Source: Prevotella sp. | GTDB taxonomy: Bacteria; Bacteroidota; Bacteroidia; Bacteroidales; Bacteroidaceae | Assembly: GCA_017642485.1 (NCBI GenBank) | Contig: JAGCPC010000116.1 | Span: 42,471 to 106,470, forward strand | DNA: 64,000 bases | Direction of reading: 5' to 3' | Made by a program: the position numbers and the translations under genes | Notes under the pieces: generated by a model | Databases searched by the model: none | Told to the model about the DNA's origin: nothing | The model's input: the letters and a program-made list of their open reading frames with translations, nothing else | Shown here: piece by piece, positions 8,943 through 19,739 of the stretch | Numbering within the stretch: the first letter of the stretch is position 1 | How the letters are laid out: every line of letters starts with the position of its first letter

Positions 8943-9902
8943 ATGGACATATCAGTTGTAGTACCTCTGTATAACGAGGAAGAATCGATACCTGAACTTT
9001 ACTCATGGATAAAGCGAGTAATGAACGACAACAGCTTCAGTTATGAGGTAATATTTGTAAATGACGGCTCCACCGACCATTCTTGGGAGGTGATAGAGAA
9101 ACTCGCTAAAGATGACGAACATGTACGTGGCATAAAGTTTCGTCGCAACTACGGCAAGTCACCAGCGCTGTACTGCGGTTTTGAATTAGCACAGGGCGAC
9201 GTGGTGATAACCATGGATGCCGACCTTCAGGATTCGCCTGACGAGATACCCGAACTATACCGCATGATAACGGTAGAGGGAAACGACCTGGTAAGCGGTT
9301 ATAAGCAAAATCGCAGCCAGGGTGACCCACTGTCAAAAACCATACCAACAAAACTTTTTAATGCCACAGCACGCAAGGTGAGCGGTATAAAAAACCTGCA
9401 CGATTTCAACTGCGGTCTGAAAGCATATCGTCGCGATGTGGTGAAAAACATAGAGGTATATGGCGAGATGCACCGTTACATGCCATATTTAGCCAAGAAC
9501 GCTGGTTTTGACAAGATAGTGGAGAAGCCCGTACACCACCAGGCACGCAAGTTTGGCAAGTCGAAATTTATGGGTTGGAACAGATTTGTCAATGGATATC
9601 TCGACCTCATCACGCTATGGTTTCTCAGCTCATTTGGCAGAAAACCCATGCATGTGTTTGGTTTCCTCGGTTCGCTGATGTTCTTCATTGGTTTTATAGC
9701 TGCAATGGTTATAGGAACACAAAAGTTGTGGGCACTTAGTAATGGCATACCTGCACGACTGGTGACCGACTCGCCATACTTCTACATATCGTTGACGATG
9801 ATGATCATAGGCACACAGCTATTTCTTGCCGGATTCGTAGCTGACCTCGTCAGTCGTTCGTCACAAGGCAGGAATGAGTATCAAATAGAAAAGACGATAT
9901 AA
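8943..9902 (+). CDS. GT2 glycosyltransferase (ArnC/DPM1-like)
   Basis: VVVPLYNEEE, VNDGSTD, MDADLQD, HDFNCGLKAY, two C-terminal TMs. Confidence 0.92.
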   Translation: MDISVVVPLYNEEESIPELYSWIKRVMNDNSFSYEVIFVNDGSTDHSWEVIEKLAKDDEHVRGIKFRRNYGKSPALYCGFELAQGDVVITMDADLQDSPDEIPELYRMITVEGNDLVSGYKQNRSQGDPLSKTIPTKLFNATARKVSGIKNLHDFNCGLKAYRRDVVKNIEVYGEMHRYMPYLAKNAGFDKIVEKPVHHQARKFGKSKFMGWNRFVNGYLDLITLWFLSSFGRKPMHVFGFLGSLMFFIGFIAAMVIGTQKLWALSNGIPARLVTDSPYFYISLTMMIIGTQLFLAGFVADLVSRSSQGRNEYQIEKTI

Positions 9903-10945
9903 TGGGTAAGGATCTTTCTGACATACTGCGTTTGAATGACAAGAAAACTGTAGCTATATTATTACCCATAGTGGTAGTAGTGACAATGGTGCTGATGGCT
10001 TTTTGTGGCAATAGTGACAGCAAACTGACATACCACAAAAACTCCGGCTTCATATTTGGCACATCATACAACATAACATACCAGAGCGACAAAGACTACG
10101 CAAACGCCATAAAAGAAGTGCTTGACTCCATCGACTACGCGCTATCACCCTTCAACAAGGCGAGCATCATAACAGCCGTGAACAATAACATAGACGTCAA
10201 CGTGAACGATGACTTTATAAAGGTGTTTACATTAGCAAAAGAGGTAAGCGAGGCTACATCCGGAGCTTTTGACATCACCGTGGCACCACTTGTCAATGCA
10301 TGGGGATTTGGATTTAAGAACGGCACGTTTCCGACAAACGAAGAGACTGATAGCATCAGGACTTTCGTAGGCATGGATAAGGTAAGGCTGAATGGCAGAA
10401 AGGTCATCAAGGATGACCCTCGCATAATGCTTGACTGCTCAGCCATAGCAAAGGGATATGCTGTGGACAAGGTTGCCAACATGCTAAGGGATAAGGGTGT
10501 CAAAAATTTTCTGGTAGAGATTGGAGGAGAGATAGTAGCAGCCGGAGTCAATGCACACAACAAGGCATGGAGCATAGGAGTCACAAAGCCAGAGGATGAC
10601 TCACTGTCGGTAAACAGCGATATACAAATGGTGATGACGATAAGCGACTGCGCCATAGCGACATCAGGCAACTACCGTAACTACTATATCAAAGACGGAC
10701 ACAAGTATGCACATACCATAGACCCCACGACAGGACAGCCTGCAGAAAGCAATCTGCTATCGGCTACCGTGACAGCCCGCTCCTGTGCAGAAGCTGATGC
10801 TTATGCTACAGCCTTTATGGTGATAGGAAAAGAGAAAGCTCTCGAACTGCTGAAACTGCAAAAAGAAAAACGATACATACTAATATACGACAACAACGGT
10901 AAGACCGAATGGGTGGTGAGCCGTGAGTTGAATATATCAAAGTAA
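9902..10945 (+). CDS. apbE: FAD:protein FMN transferase
   Basis: GAFDITVAPLV, AIAKGYAVD, VEIGGE, ATSGNYR, HTIDP, ADAYATA. Confidence 0.92.
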   Translation: MGKDLSDILRLNDKKTVAILLPIVVVVTMVLMAFCGNSDSKLTYHKNSGFIFGTSYNITYQSDKDYANAIKEVLDSIDYALSPFNKASIITAVNNNIDVNVNDDFIKVFTLAKEVSEATSGAFDITVAPLVNAWGFGFKNGTFPTNEETDSIRTFVGMDKVRLNGRKVIKDDPRIMLDCSAIAKGYAVDKVANMLRDKGVKNFLVEIGGEIVAAGVNAHNKAWSIGVTKPEDDSLSVNSDIQMVMTISDCAIATSGNYRNYYIKDGHKYAHTIDPTTGQPAESNLLSATVTARSCAEADAYATAFMVIGKEKALELLKLQKEKRYILIYDNNGKTEWVVSRELNISK

Positions 10946-10951
10946 ACGATT

Positions 10952-11611
10952 ATGGCAATAAACAAAAACATCATAGCGCAGCTACCACTGTTTATGGGAC
11001 TATCAAATAATGAACTGAACGAGATAGCCCAAAAGGTGTCATTCACTCAACACCACCACAAGAAAGGAGCCGCTATAACTCGCGCCGGAAACAGATGCGC
11101 TTCGCTTATCACTGTTGCTAACGGCACTATGGAAGCAGAGACTGTAGCTGATGACAACTCCTACTTACTGACAGAGAACCTGCATGCCGTTTACATGATA
11201 GAACCAGATAAGGTATTCGGGCTGGAACAGAGATACCGCTCCACATATCGTGCCCTGACATCATGCGACACTGTTGAGATAAGCAAGGACAGTTTGCTCG
11301 AACTCATTGGTAAATATCTCATCATGAGAATAAACTACCTTAATATAATATGTCGCAACACGCAGATGCATGAGCATAATCCGTGGAAAGCACATCCCAC
11401 AGACACAAAGCAGGCTATAGTCGCCTTTATAAAAAATAGGGTAAAGCACCCTGCCGGCAGTAAAAGCCTACACATAAAAATGACGGACCTCGCTGACGAA
11501 CTATCTGCCAGCAGAGGGGCAGTATCGCAAGCTCTTAACACACTGGCTGAACAGGAGCGCATAATATTACGGCGCGGCATAATAGAAATTCCTGCACTAC
11601 AACTGCTTTAA
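10952..11611 (+). CDS. Crp/Fnr-family transcriptional regulator
   Basis: LPLFMGLS cNMP-like N-terminus; C-terminal HTH LADELSASRGAVSQAL. Confidence 0.8.
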   Translation: MAINKNIIAQLPLFMGLSNNELNEIAQKVSFTQHHHKKGAAITRAGNRCASLITVANGTMEAETVADDNSYLLTENLHAVYMIEPDKVFGLEQRYRSTYRALTSCDTVEISKDSLLELIGKYLIMRINYLNIICRNTQMHEHNPWKAHPTDTKQAIVAFIKNRVKHPAGSKSLHIKMTDLADELSASRGAVSQALNTLAEQERIILRRGIIEIPALQLL

Positions 11612-11651
11612 ACACTGCTTTAACTATATAACATTAAACATTCTTCAGAAA

Positions 11652-13718
11652 ATGTATAATCCTTTTTTCGAGAAATATAATACACCTCACGATACTGCAC
11701 CGTTCGACAAAATAAAACTAGAGCATTTCGAACCTGCTTTTATGGAGGGTATAAGGCGTGATAATGAGGAACTTGAAAATATCATCAACAACCCCGACGA
11801 GCCGACATTTGAAAATACCATAGCAATAGACTACGATGAAGAGAAGGAATGCTACTTCTCCTTACTCGATAACGTCTCAACGGTATTCTTTAACCTTCTC
11901 TCTGCAGAGACAAACGACGAGATGGATGAACTCGCAGAGAAGATACAACCGATACTCACAAAACATGAGAATGATGTATCGCTCAATCCCAAACTCTTTG
12001 AACGTATAAAGTACGTGTATGAGCACCACCGTCCACTGACCGAAGAGGAGGAGATGTTGCTCAACAATACTTACGATGGATTTGTGCGCTCTGGAGCCCT
12101 ACTCGATGAGAAAGGAAAAGAGAAACTGCGCAAACTAACGGAAGAGGCAAGCCTCTTGTCGCTGCAGTTCTCACAAAACTTGCTTAAAGAAAACAAAGCA
12201 TTCACCCTGCATATTACTGACGAGAAAGATCTGGAAGGCCTGCCCGATATTCAGATTCAAGCGGCACGCGAAGCCGCCAAAGAACGAGATATGGACGGTT
12301 GGGTAATAACACTCGACAGTCCCTCGTACGGTCCGTTTATGCAGTATGCCGTAAATCGTGACCTTCGTAAGGAATTATACATGGCACGAAATACAGAATG
12401 CACACACGAGAATGACTCCAACAACCTTGAAATCTGCAAGCGACTCATCAACTTGCGTCGTGAGGTAGCCCAGCTTTTGGGTTACGAGACGTTTGCTGAC
12501 TACGTGTTGAAAAAACGTATGGCTACCAACGTGCAGAATGTATATAAATTACTCTATGACCTCATCGATGCCTACAAGCCTACAGCTATAAAAGAACGTG
12601 ACGAACTACGTGCTATGGCGAAGAAAGCAGAAGGCGACGATTTTAAGATGATGCCATGGGACACTGCGTTCTACTCGCACAAGCTACAACTGGAGAAGTA
12701 CAACATCGACTCCGAAATGCTACGACCATACTTGGAACTATCAAAAGTCATAAAAGGTGTGTTCGGACTGGCAAACAGACTGTACGGTATAACCTTCAAA
12801 GAGAATAAGGACATACCAGTATATCATCCAGATGTCAAGGCTTATGAGGTTTTTGATAAGGACGGAAGTTTCCTTGCTGTATTCTATGCCGACTTCCACC
12901 CTCGTAAAGGAAAGCAGGGAGGTGCATGGATGACAGAGTACCAGGGGCAGTCAATAAACTGCAGAGGAGAGAATATACGACCTCACGTCAGCGTAGTGAT
13001 GAACCTCACAAAGCCAACGGAAAACAAACCCGCACTACTCACACTCGGAGAGGTCGAAACATTCCTGCATGAGTTTGGCCACTCATTGCATGGTATGTTT
13101 GCAAACACCAGGTTTGAGTCTCTTTCCGGCACCAGTGTTTGGTGGGATTTCGTAGAACTGCCATCACAGTTTATGGAGAATTTCTCTCTTGAAAGAGAAT
13201 TCCTCAACACTTTTGCATTCCACTACGAAACGGGCGAGCCAATGCCTGACGAACTGATACAACGTGTCATTGACAGCCGCAATTTTAACGTCGCAGGGGC
13301 TTGTCTGAGACAAGTAAGTTTAGGACTGCTTGACATGGCTTACTACACTAAAAGAGATGAGTTTGCTGACGATATCATAGCTTTTGAAAAAGAGGCTTGG
13401 AAAGACGCTATCATTGGCAATCAGCTACCTAACACATGTATGACGGTACAGTTCTCACACATAATGGCAGGAGGCTATGCAGCTGGTTACTACAGTTATA
13501 AATGGGCAGAGGTGCTCGATGCCGATGCCTTTGCCGTATTCAAGAAAGAGGGCGTATTCAACCCTTCCACTGCGCAACGTTTCAGAGATTGTATCCTTTC
13601 AAAGGGAGGCACACGCCACCCAATGGCTTTGTACAAGGATTTTAAAGGTGCAGAACCCAGCATTGATGCTCTGCTCGAACGAAATGGAATAGCAAAGACT
13701 GAAAATAATAATAATTAA
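11652..13718 (+). CDS. dcp: M3 family peptidyl-dipeptidase
   Basis: HEFGH zinc motif, DFVELPSQFME, GYAAGYYSYKWAE. Confidence 0.92.
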   Translation: MYNPFFEKYNTPHDTAPFDKIKLEHFEPAFMEGIRRDNEELENIINNPDEPTFENTIAIDYDEEKECYFSLLDNVSTVFFNLLSAETNDEMDELAEKIQPILTKHENDVSLNPKLFERIKYVYEHHRPLTEEEEMLLNNTYDGFVRSGALLDEKGKEKLRKLTEEASLLSLQFSQNLLKENKAFTLHITDEKDLEGLPDIQIQAAREAAKERDMDGWVITLDSPSYGPFMQYAVNRDLRKELYMARNTECTHENDSNNLEICKRLINLRREVAQLLGYETFADYVLKKRMATNVQNVYKLLYDLIDAYKPTAIKERDELRAMAKKAEGDDFKMMPWDTAFYSHKLQLEKYNIDSEMLRPYLELSKVIKGVFGLANRLYGITFKENKDIPVYHPDVKAYEVFDKDGSFLAVFYADFHPRKGKQGGAWMTEYQGQSINCRGENIRPHVSVVMNLTKPTENKPALLTLGEVETFLHEFGHSLHGMFANTRFESLSGTSVWWDFVELPSQFMENFSLEREFLNTFAFHYETGEPMPDELIQRVIDSRNFNVAGACLRQVSLGLLDMAYYTKRDEFADDIIAFEKEAWKDAIIGNQLPNTCMTVQFSHIMAGGYAAGYYSYKWAEVLDADAFAVFKKEGVFNPSTAQRFRDCILSKGGTRHPMALYKDFKGAEPSIDALLERNGIAKTENNNN

Positions 13719-13735
13719 ATAACTCATACAAACCC

Positions 13736-14161
13736 TTGAACGACAAACAGACAAATTTAGACAAACGCTACCTCCGCATGGCGCGGATATGGGCTGAAAA
13801 CAGCTACTGCAAACGCAGACAAGTTGGTGCGCTGGTAGTAAAAGAACAACGCATAATCAGCGATGGATATAATGGTACTCCAAGCGGTTTTGAAAATGTG
13901 TGCGAGGAAAACAATGTATCATTTCCATACGTGCTACATGCAGAGGCAAATGCCATAACAAAACTGGCACGTAGCCACAACAATAGCGAAGGCTCAACAC
14001 TATATGTCACAGCTTCGCCATGCCTGGAGTGTGCCAAACTGATAATACAAGCTGGTATAAAACGAGTAATCTATGGTGAGAAATATCGTCTGGACGATGG
14101 GTTGCAGTTGCTGCGCCGAGCTGGCATAGAGACAACATACCTGCAAGTAGATAACGATTAG
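13736..14161 (+). CDS. dCMP deaminase family protein
   Basis: HAEANAI, PCLEC, GYNGTP. Confidence 0.92.
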   Translation: MNDKQTNLDKRYLRMARIWAENSYCKRRQVGALVVKEQRIISDGYNGTPSGFENVCEENNVSFPYVLHAEANAITKLARSHNNSEGSTLYVTASPCLECAKLIIQAGIKRVIYGEKYRLDDGLQLLRRAGIETTYLQVDND

Positions 14162-14181
14162 AAAAACTACAATAATAGTTC

Positions 14182-15777
14182 ATGAACAGCAAAAATCGAT
14201 ACATGCCACTCATATTGGCAATTTGCGTCATCATTGGCATACTGATAGGTACGTTCTATGCCAACCACTTTTCTGGTAACAGGCTGAACGTTATCAATTC
14301 TGGCAGCAACAAACTGAGCAACTTGCTGCATATTATTGATGACCAATATGTTGACACTGTAAATATCAATAACCTTGTGGAAAGTGCCATACCACAGATA
14401 CTAGCAGAACTCGACCCACACTCCGTTTACATCTCAGCAAACGACGCTGAGACGGCAAGCGATGACCTGAAGGGGTCTTTTTATGGCATTGGTATCGAAT
14501 TTGTTGTAAACAATGATACTATCTCTGTACAAAATGTTATAGATGGTGGCCCTGCACAGAAAGCGGGCATGCTGGCTGGAGATAAGATAGTCACTATAGA
14601 TGGTAAAACATTAGTAGGTAAAGAGTGCACTTCCGAAGAAGCCATGCGACGCCTCAAGGGACCTGACAAATCAGTAGTAAAAGTGGGAGTAAAACGCTAT
14701 GGCTCCAAAGATTTGAAAACCATGACCATCACTCGTGGAGAGGTCAAGATGAAGAGTATCGCTGCCACCTATATGCTTGATGACAAGACTGGCTACATAC
14801 GTATAAAAAACTTTGGTGAGAATACATATGCAGAACTTCTTGTCGCACTCGCAGAACTATCCAGTGACGGCTTTGACAACCTCGTAATAGACCTCAGGGA
14901 TAATACTGGAGGGTATCTTGAATCTGCGGTTCAAATAGCTAATGAATTTCTGCCCAAAGACCGTCTCATAGTATATACCGAGGGACGAAAGTCTGCACGT
15001 CAGAATTACAAGAGTGATGGACGTGGCTCGTATCAGAAAATGCCACTTGCCGTACTCATCAATGAAAACTCTGCCTCAGCAAGCGAGATACTCGCTGGTG
15101 CCATGCAGGATAATGACAGAGCCACCATAGTAGGACGACGTTCTTTCGGTAAGGGATTGGTACAACAGCAGATAGCCTTTCCTGATGGGTCTATGGTGCG
15201 ACTCACTATAGCGAGGTACTACACGCCATCAGGCAGATGCATACAGAAGCCCTACTCTTCTGGTGACACTCAGGATTATGAAAAGGACATTCTTGATCGA
15301 TACAAGCATGGAGAATTTTTCTCAAAAGATAGCATTAAACATGAGGGGCCGGCTTACCATACCGTTAGCGGACGTACGGTATATGGAGGAGGTGGTATAA
15401 CACCAGATATATTTATTGCAGAAGATACTACTCACGTAACTTCTTACTATCGCGAGGCTTCGATGACTGGGCTCATTATGCAGTTTGCTTTTACATATAC
15501 AGATGAGAATCGTCTAAAACTCAACTCCTTCCGCGAGATGCAACAGTTGGCTGCATACCTTGTAAAGCAGAATACCGTGGAGCAATTTGCCTCTTACGCA
15601 GACAAACATAACCTGCAGCGTCGCAACCTCATGATACAACGTTCTCACAATCTTCTGGAGAAGCACATCAACTCGCGCATCATATACAATGTGCTTGATG
15701 AAAAGGCGTGGATACAATACCTTAACCTCACTGATGAAACTATCAAGGCTGCCCTGGAAGTGTTCAATAATGACTAA
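14182..15777 (+). CDS. S41 C-terminal processing peptidase
   Basis: LDPHS, PDZ domain, DLRDNTGG, SASASEI, FGKGLVQ. Confidence 0.93.
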   Translation: MNSKNRYMPLILAICVIIGILIGTFYANHFSGNRLNVINSGSNKLSNLLHIIDDQYVDTVNINNLVESAIPQILAELDPHSVYISANDAETASDDLKGSFYGIGIEFVVNNDTISVQNVIDGGPAQKAGMLAGDKIVTIDGKTLVGKECTSEEAMRRLKGPDKSVVKVGVKRYGSKDLKTMTITRGEVKMKSIAATYMLDDKTGYIRIKNFGENTYAELLVALAELSSDGFDNLVIDLRDNTGGYLESAVQIANEFLPKDRLIVYTEGRKSARQNYKSDGRGSYQKMPLAVLINENSASASEILAGAMQDNDRATIVGRRSFGKGLVQQQIAFPDGSMVRLTIARYYTPSGRCIQKPYSSGDTQDYEKDILDRYKHGEFFSKDSIKHEGPAYHTVSGRTVYGGGGITPDIFIAEDTTHVTSYYREASMTGLIMQFAFTYTDENRLKLNSFREMQQLAAYLVKQNTVEQFASYADKHNLQRRNLMIQRSHNLLEKHINSRIIYNVLDEKAWIQYLNLTDETIKAALEVFNND

Positions 15778-16339
15778 ACCCAAACTACGGAAATATATAA
15801 GAAGCCTTATTAGGGAATACTCAGCAGAACAGTTGGAAGAGCTCTCACTTCCGATTGTTGATAGTATCCTATCCCACCCTATGGTCAAAAAAACTGATAC
15901 AATACTATTGTACCACTCCCTACCTGATGAAGTATCAACCCACTCCCTACTTAACGAACTCCGGAAACAAGGTAAGAGAATACTACTGCCACAGGTAATC
16001 AGCAATACAGAAATGAGAATCCTAGAATATAAGGATACAGCTTCACTCACCAAGGGAGCATATGGCATATGGGAACCCCAAGCTCACAACTCGTCACACT
16101 CTCAGGACGTATCTAAGGATTATATGATACCTCAACTTGCCATCATACCCGGCAGGGCATTTGACAAGGAAGGACACCGATTAGGTAGGGGAAAAGGATA
16201 CTATGACCGTTTGATGTCGCAATACGCCAACATATATCACACTTCTGTGTACAAAATAGGGGTATGCTTCCATTTTCAACTTTTAGAAAGCATACCCCAT
16301 GACAACTTCGATGTCACTATGGATGAGGTGATATATTAA
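15770..16339 (+). CDS. 5-formyltetrahydrofolate cyclo-ligase
   Basis: PGRAFDKEGHRLGRGKGYYDR. Confidence 0.9.
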   Translation: MTKPKLRKYIRSLIREYSAEQLEELSLPIVDSILSHPMVKKTDTILLYHSLPDEVSTHSLLNELRKQGKRILLPQVISNTEMRILEYKDTASLTKGAYGIWEPQAHNSSHSQDVSKDYMIPQLAIIPGRAFDKEGHRLGRGKGYYDRLMSQYANIYHTSVYKIGVCFHFQLLESIPHDNFDVTMDEVIY

Positions 16340-16351
16340 GTTTTTTACCTA

Positions 16352-17629
16352 TCAATTTTTATTCATAGCCTGTTCAAGGTCGGCTATGATATCGTCCACA
16401 TTCTCCAAGCCAACAGATAGACGTACAAGATCTGGAGCTACACCAGCCTCACGCAACTGCTCATCAGAAAGTTGACGGTGAGTATGGCTGGCAGGATGCA
16501 ACACACAGGTACGTGCATCAGCCACGTGAGTTACTATGCTTATAAACTCCAAGCTATCCATAAACTTTATGGCATCCTCACGAGTACCTTTCAGTCCGAA
16601 TGCAATTACTCCACATGAACCATTGGGAAGGTATTTCTGCCCCAGAGCATAATATTTATTGGAAGGCAAACCACAGTAGTTTACCCAACTTACTTTTTCA
16701 TTTTTCTCTAACCACTCCGCCACTTTCTGTGCATTGGCACAATGTTGCTTCATACGAAGTGCAAGTGTCTCCAGACCAAGATTAAGCAGGAATGAGTTCT
16801 GAGGACTCGGTATGCTACCAAGGTCACGCATTAGCTGTGCCACGAGTTTTGTTATGTAAGCCATCTTGCCAAAAGCCTTGGTATAGGTTAATCCATGATA
16901 TGAGTCATCAGGGGTTGTTAAGCAGGCAAATTTGTCACCCTGTGCTTCCCAATCAAAATTACCTGAATCAACAACACAGCCACCAACCTGCGTAGCATGA
17001 CCATCCATATACTTCGTAGTGGAGTGAGTCACAATATCGCATCCCCATTCAAAAGGACGGCAGTTGATAGGAGTAGCAAAAGTATTGTCAACGATTAGTG
17101 GCACACCATGCTTATGTGCCATATTTGCGAAACGCTCTATATCAAACACATTACCACCAGGATTAGATACCGTCTCGCCAAAGAAACATTTTGTATTTTC
17201 CTTAAAACATGCCTCTATCTTTTCATCATCCCAATCTGGATCTACGAAAGTACACTCTATACCAAGTTTCTTCATAGTGACTCCAAAGAGGTTAAATGTA
17301 CCGCCATATATCGTATTGGAGGTGATAAAGTGGTCGCCCGCCTGACATATATTGAATATGGCATAGAAATTAGCGGCTTGCCCAGAACTTGTAAGCATAG
17401 CTCCTACTCCGCCCTCCAAAGCACAAATTTTCTTAGCGACAGCATCATTGGTTGGATTGGCAAGACGTGTATAGAAATAACCTTCGTCCTTCAGGTCGAA
17501 GAGACGTGCCATCTGCTCTGACGTATCATATTTAAATGTTGTTGATTGGTAAATGGGCAATTGTTGAGGTTCACCTTTCTTTGCTTTCCATCCACCATGA
17601 ATACAAATAGTTTCAAGATTTTTTTTCAT
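16352..17629 (-). CDS. metY: O-acetylhomoserine aminocarboxypropyltransferase / cysteine synthase
   Basis: YTRLANPT, SSGQAA, DNTFATP, HSTTKY (PLP Lys), HPASHTH. Confidence 0.9.
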   Translation of the reverse strand: MKKNLETICIHGGWKAKKGEPQQLPIYQSTTFKYDTSEQMARLFDLKDEGYFYTRLANPTNDAVAKKICALEGGVGAMLTSSGQAANFYAIFNICQAGDHFITSNTIYGGTFNLFGVTMKKLGIECTFVDPDWDDEKIEACFKENTKCFFGETVSNPGGNVFDIERFANMAHKHGVPLIVDNTFATPINCRPFEWGCDIVTHSTTKYMDGHATQVGGCVVDSGNFDWEAQGDKFACLTTPDDSYHGLTYTKAFGKMAYITKLVAQLMRDLGSIPSPQNSFLLNLGLETLALRMKQHCANAQKVAEWLEKNEKVSWVNYCGLPSNKYYALGQKYLPNGSCGVIAFGLKGTREDAIKFMDSLEFISIVTHVADARTCVLHPASHTHRQLSDEQLREAGVAPDLVRLSVGLENVDDIIADLEQAMNKN

Positions 17630-17772
17630 CAGATTATTGTATTTTGTGTTCAAATTTCATTCTAAGGATACAAAGGTAATAAAATATTTTCAAATAAATT
17701 TGGTAAAACAATTTTTTTTACGTATTTTTGCAAAATCAACATCAAAAGAAACGAGTACTCTATCGAAGTATT

Positions 17773-19665
17773 ATGAAAGAAATAACAGAGGAAGACATAC
17801 AGGCTATGGCCAACGAGGTATTCTCGGCTATGGAAAAACGCTCCACGCTTGAGGAGATGCAACTTATGCATGAAGCCTTCCGATATGCACGCGAGGCACA
17901 TCGTAACCAAAAGCGTAAGACTGGCGAACCTTATATAATACATCCCATAGCAGTAGCACGCATTGTGGCAGAAGAGTTGCAACTGGATGCGGCCACCGTA
18001 TGTGCTGCTTTTTTACACGATGTTGTAGAGGACACTCCCACCACTATAGAGAAAATAAGTGAACTCTTTGGAAAAGATGTAGCATTTCTCGTACACGTGG
18101 TGACAAAGCAAAAGAAAACGAGTTACGCGATGTCTAAGCAACTTGACAACTTCAAGCAAATGCTCGACTCGATGCATTACGACATACGCGCCATACTCAT
18201 CAAACTGGCTGACCGTCTGCATAATATGCGCACACTGGAGTCCATGCGTCCAGACAAACAGATGAAAATAGCTGGCGAGACGGATTATTTCTATGCACCA
18301 CTTGCCAATCGCCTTGGTCTATATACTATCAAGATTGAGTTGGAAAACCTTTCGTTCAAGTATCGTTGTCCACAATGGTACTTTAAAATACGTGATTTAA
18401 TAGAGAAAGACCAAAAACTCGATGAAACACGTATGAATACATTTAATGACACCGTAGATAAGATTCTCAAAGATAACGGTATAAAATACAAACGTGAAGT
18501 TGCATACAAGCAGCCATATAACATTTGGCGTAAGATGAAGACACAGAATGAAGACTATGAACATCTTGAATGCCGACACTTCACACGCATTGTGTTTCCT
18601 AATGACATGTATATGTCCGACAAGAACATGGTGCTGAAAATATATTCTCTTCTCACTGACAAATTTAAGGAACGTCCTAACTCTATCATTAATTACATCG
18701 ACCTTCCCAAACAAAATGGTTACCAAGCTTTTCATACACAGTTACTATCCGACTACGGTGTATGGGAGGAGGTACACATACAGTCGGAGCGCATGCGTAA
18801 GAAGACCATGCTCGGGTACCTCTTCGACAGCGGTCAGAGAGAGATAGATATCACTAAGTGGCTCAATGACTTCCGCGCTGTACTCAAGGACGTGGCAGAA
18901 AATGCTATTCAAGAAGGCGATGACAACAACTTTTTTATAGAATCAGTTCGAGCTTCGTTTTACAACGATGATATACAGGTGTACACTCCTGATGGCAAGG
19001 CTATCCTACTGCCTAAAGGATCATCGGCCATTGACTTTGCCTTCAACGTACACACAGATATTGGTATGCATGCCAAATATGCTAAAATCAATGGACACCT
19101 TGCTTCGGTACGAACACGTCTGAAGCGTGGCGATTGCGTAGAGATTGGCACAGATCCCGATATATGGCCAAATGAAACATGGCGTGACAGTGCCAAGTCG
19201 TATAAGGCTTTACGCAACATACATATGTACCTTGATCAGCAACCCAAAGGTGAATTTGTACGATGCCCACGTTGTCACCCTATACCAGGAGAGGAAGTAA
19301 TAGGTTTTATATTGCCCACAAATATAACCATGGTACACCGACGTGACTGCCAGGATGCTATAAGCCAGGCATCACAACAGGGTGATAGTATCATTGCTGT
19401 AGATTACAAAGAAGAACCAAACAAAGTATATCCTGCCACAATCACGGCAAAAGCTGTTGACAGACAACACCTGCTTTCTGATATAATTGACAGTATATCC
19501 AACAAACTACACCTCAGCATAGATATGCTACACACGGTCACCGAAGATGAGATTGTAACATGCACTGTAAAATTCTTCGTACACAGTAGTAATGAACTAA
19601 ACACCATCATCAATAGCATTCTGGATATACCTGATGTCGATGAGGTAAGCTGCCATACTGAATAG
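17773..19665 (+). CDS. long RelA/SpoT homologue (HD-SYNTH-TGS-ZFD-ACT) with degenerate synthetase motifs
   Basis: RKTGEPYIIHP, LHDVVEDT, IKLADRLHNMRT; TGS IDFAFNVHT; CPRCHPIPG...HRRDC. Confidence 0.9.
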   Translation: MKEITEEDIQAMANEVFSAMEKRSTLEEMQLMHEAFRYAREAHRNQKRKTGEPYIIHPIAVARIVAEELQLDAATVCAAFLHDVVEDTPTTIEKISELFGKDVAFLVHVVTKQKKTSYAMSKQLDNFKQMLDSMHYDIRAILIKLADRLHNMRTLESMRPDKQMKIAGETDYFYAPLANRLGLYTIKIELENLSFKYRCPQWYFKIRDLIEKDQKLDETRMNTFNDTVDKILKDNGIKYKREVAYKQPYNIWRKMKTQNEDYEHLECRHFTRIVFPNDMYMSDKNMVLKIYSLLTDKFKERPNSIINYIDLPKQNGYQAFHTQLLSDYGVWEEVHIQSERMRKKTMLGYLFDSGQREIDITKWLNDFRAVLKDVAENAIQEGDDNNFFIESVRASFYNDDIQVYTPDGKAILLPKGSSAIDFAFNVHTDIGMHAKYAKINGHLASVRTRLKRGDCVEIGTDPDIWPNETWRDSAKSYKALRNIHMYLDQQPKGEFVRCPRCHPIPGEEVIGFILPTNITMVHRRDCQDAISQASQQGDSIIAVDYKEEPNKVYPATITAKAVDRQHLLSDIIDSISNKLHLSIDMLHTVTEDEIVTCTVKFFVHSSNELNTIINSILDIPDVDEVSCHTE

Positions 19666-19739
19666 ATAAAAGTATCACAAGAAGCACAAAAATGTCAAAA
19701 TAAAACAATAAAACATTAACAAAAAAAACAGAATCAACT

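Noticed and set aside
17630-17720. SAM riboswitch upstream of metY
   Set aside because: The -7 box is only about 40 nt from the start and the region is AT-rich with no aptamer motifs.
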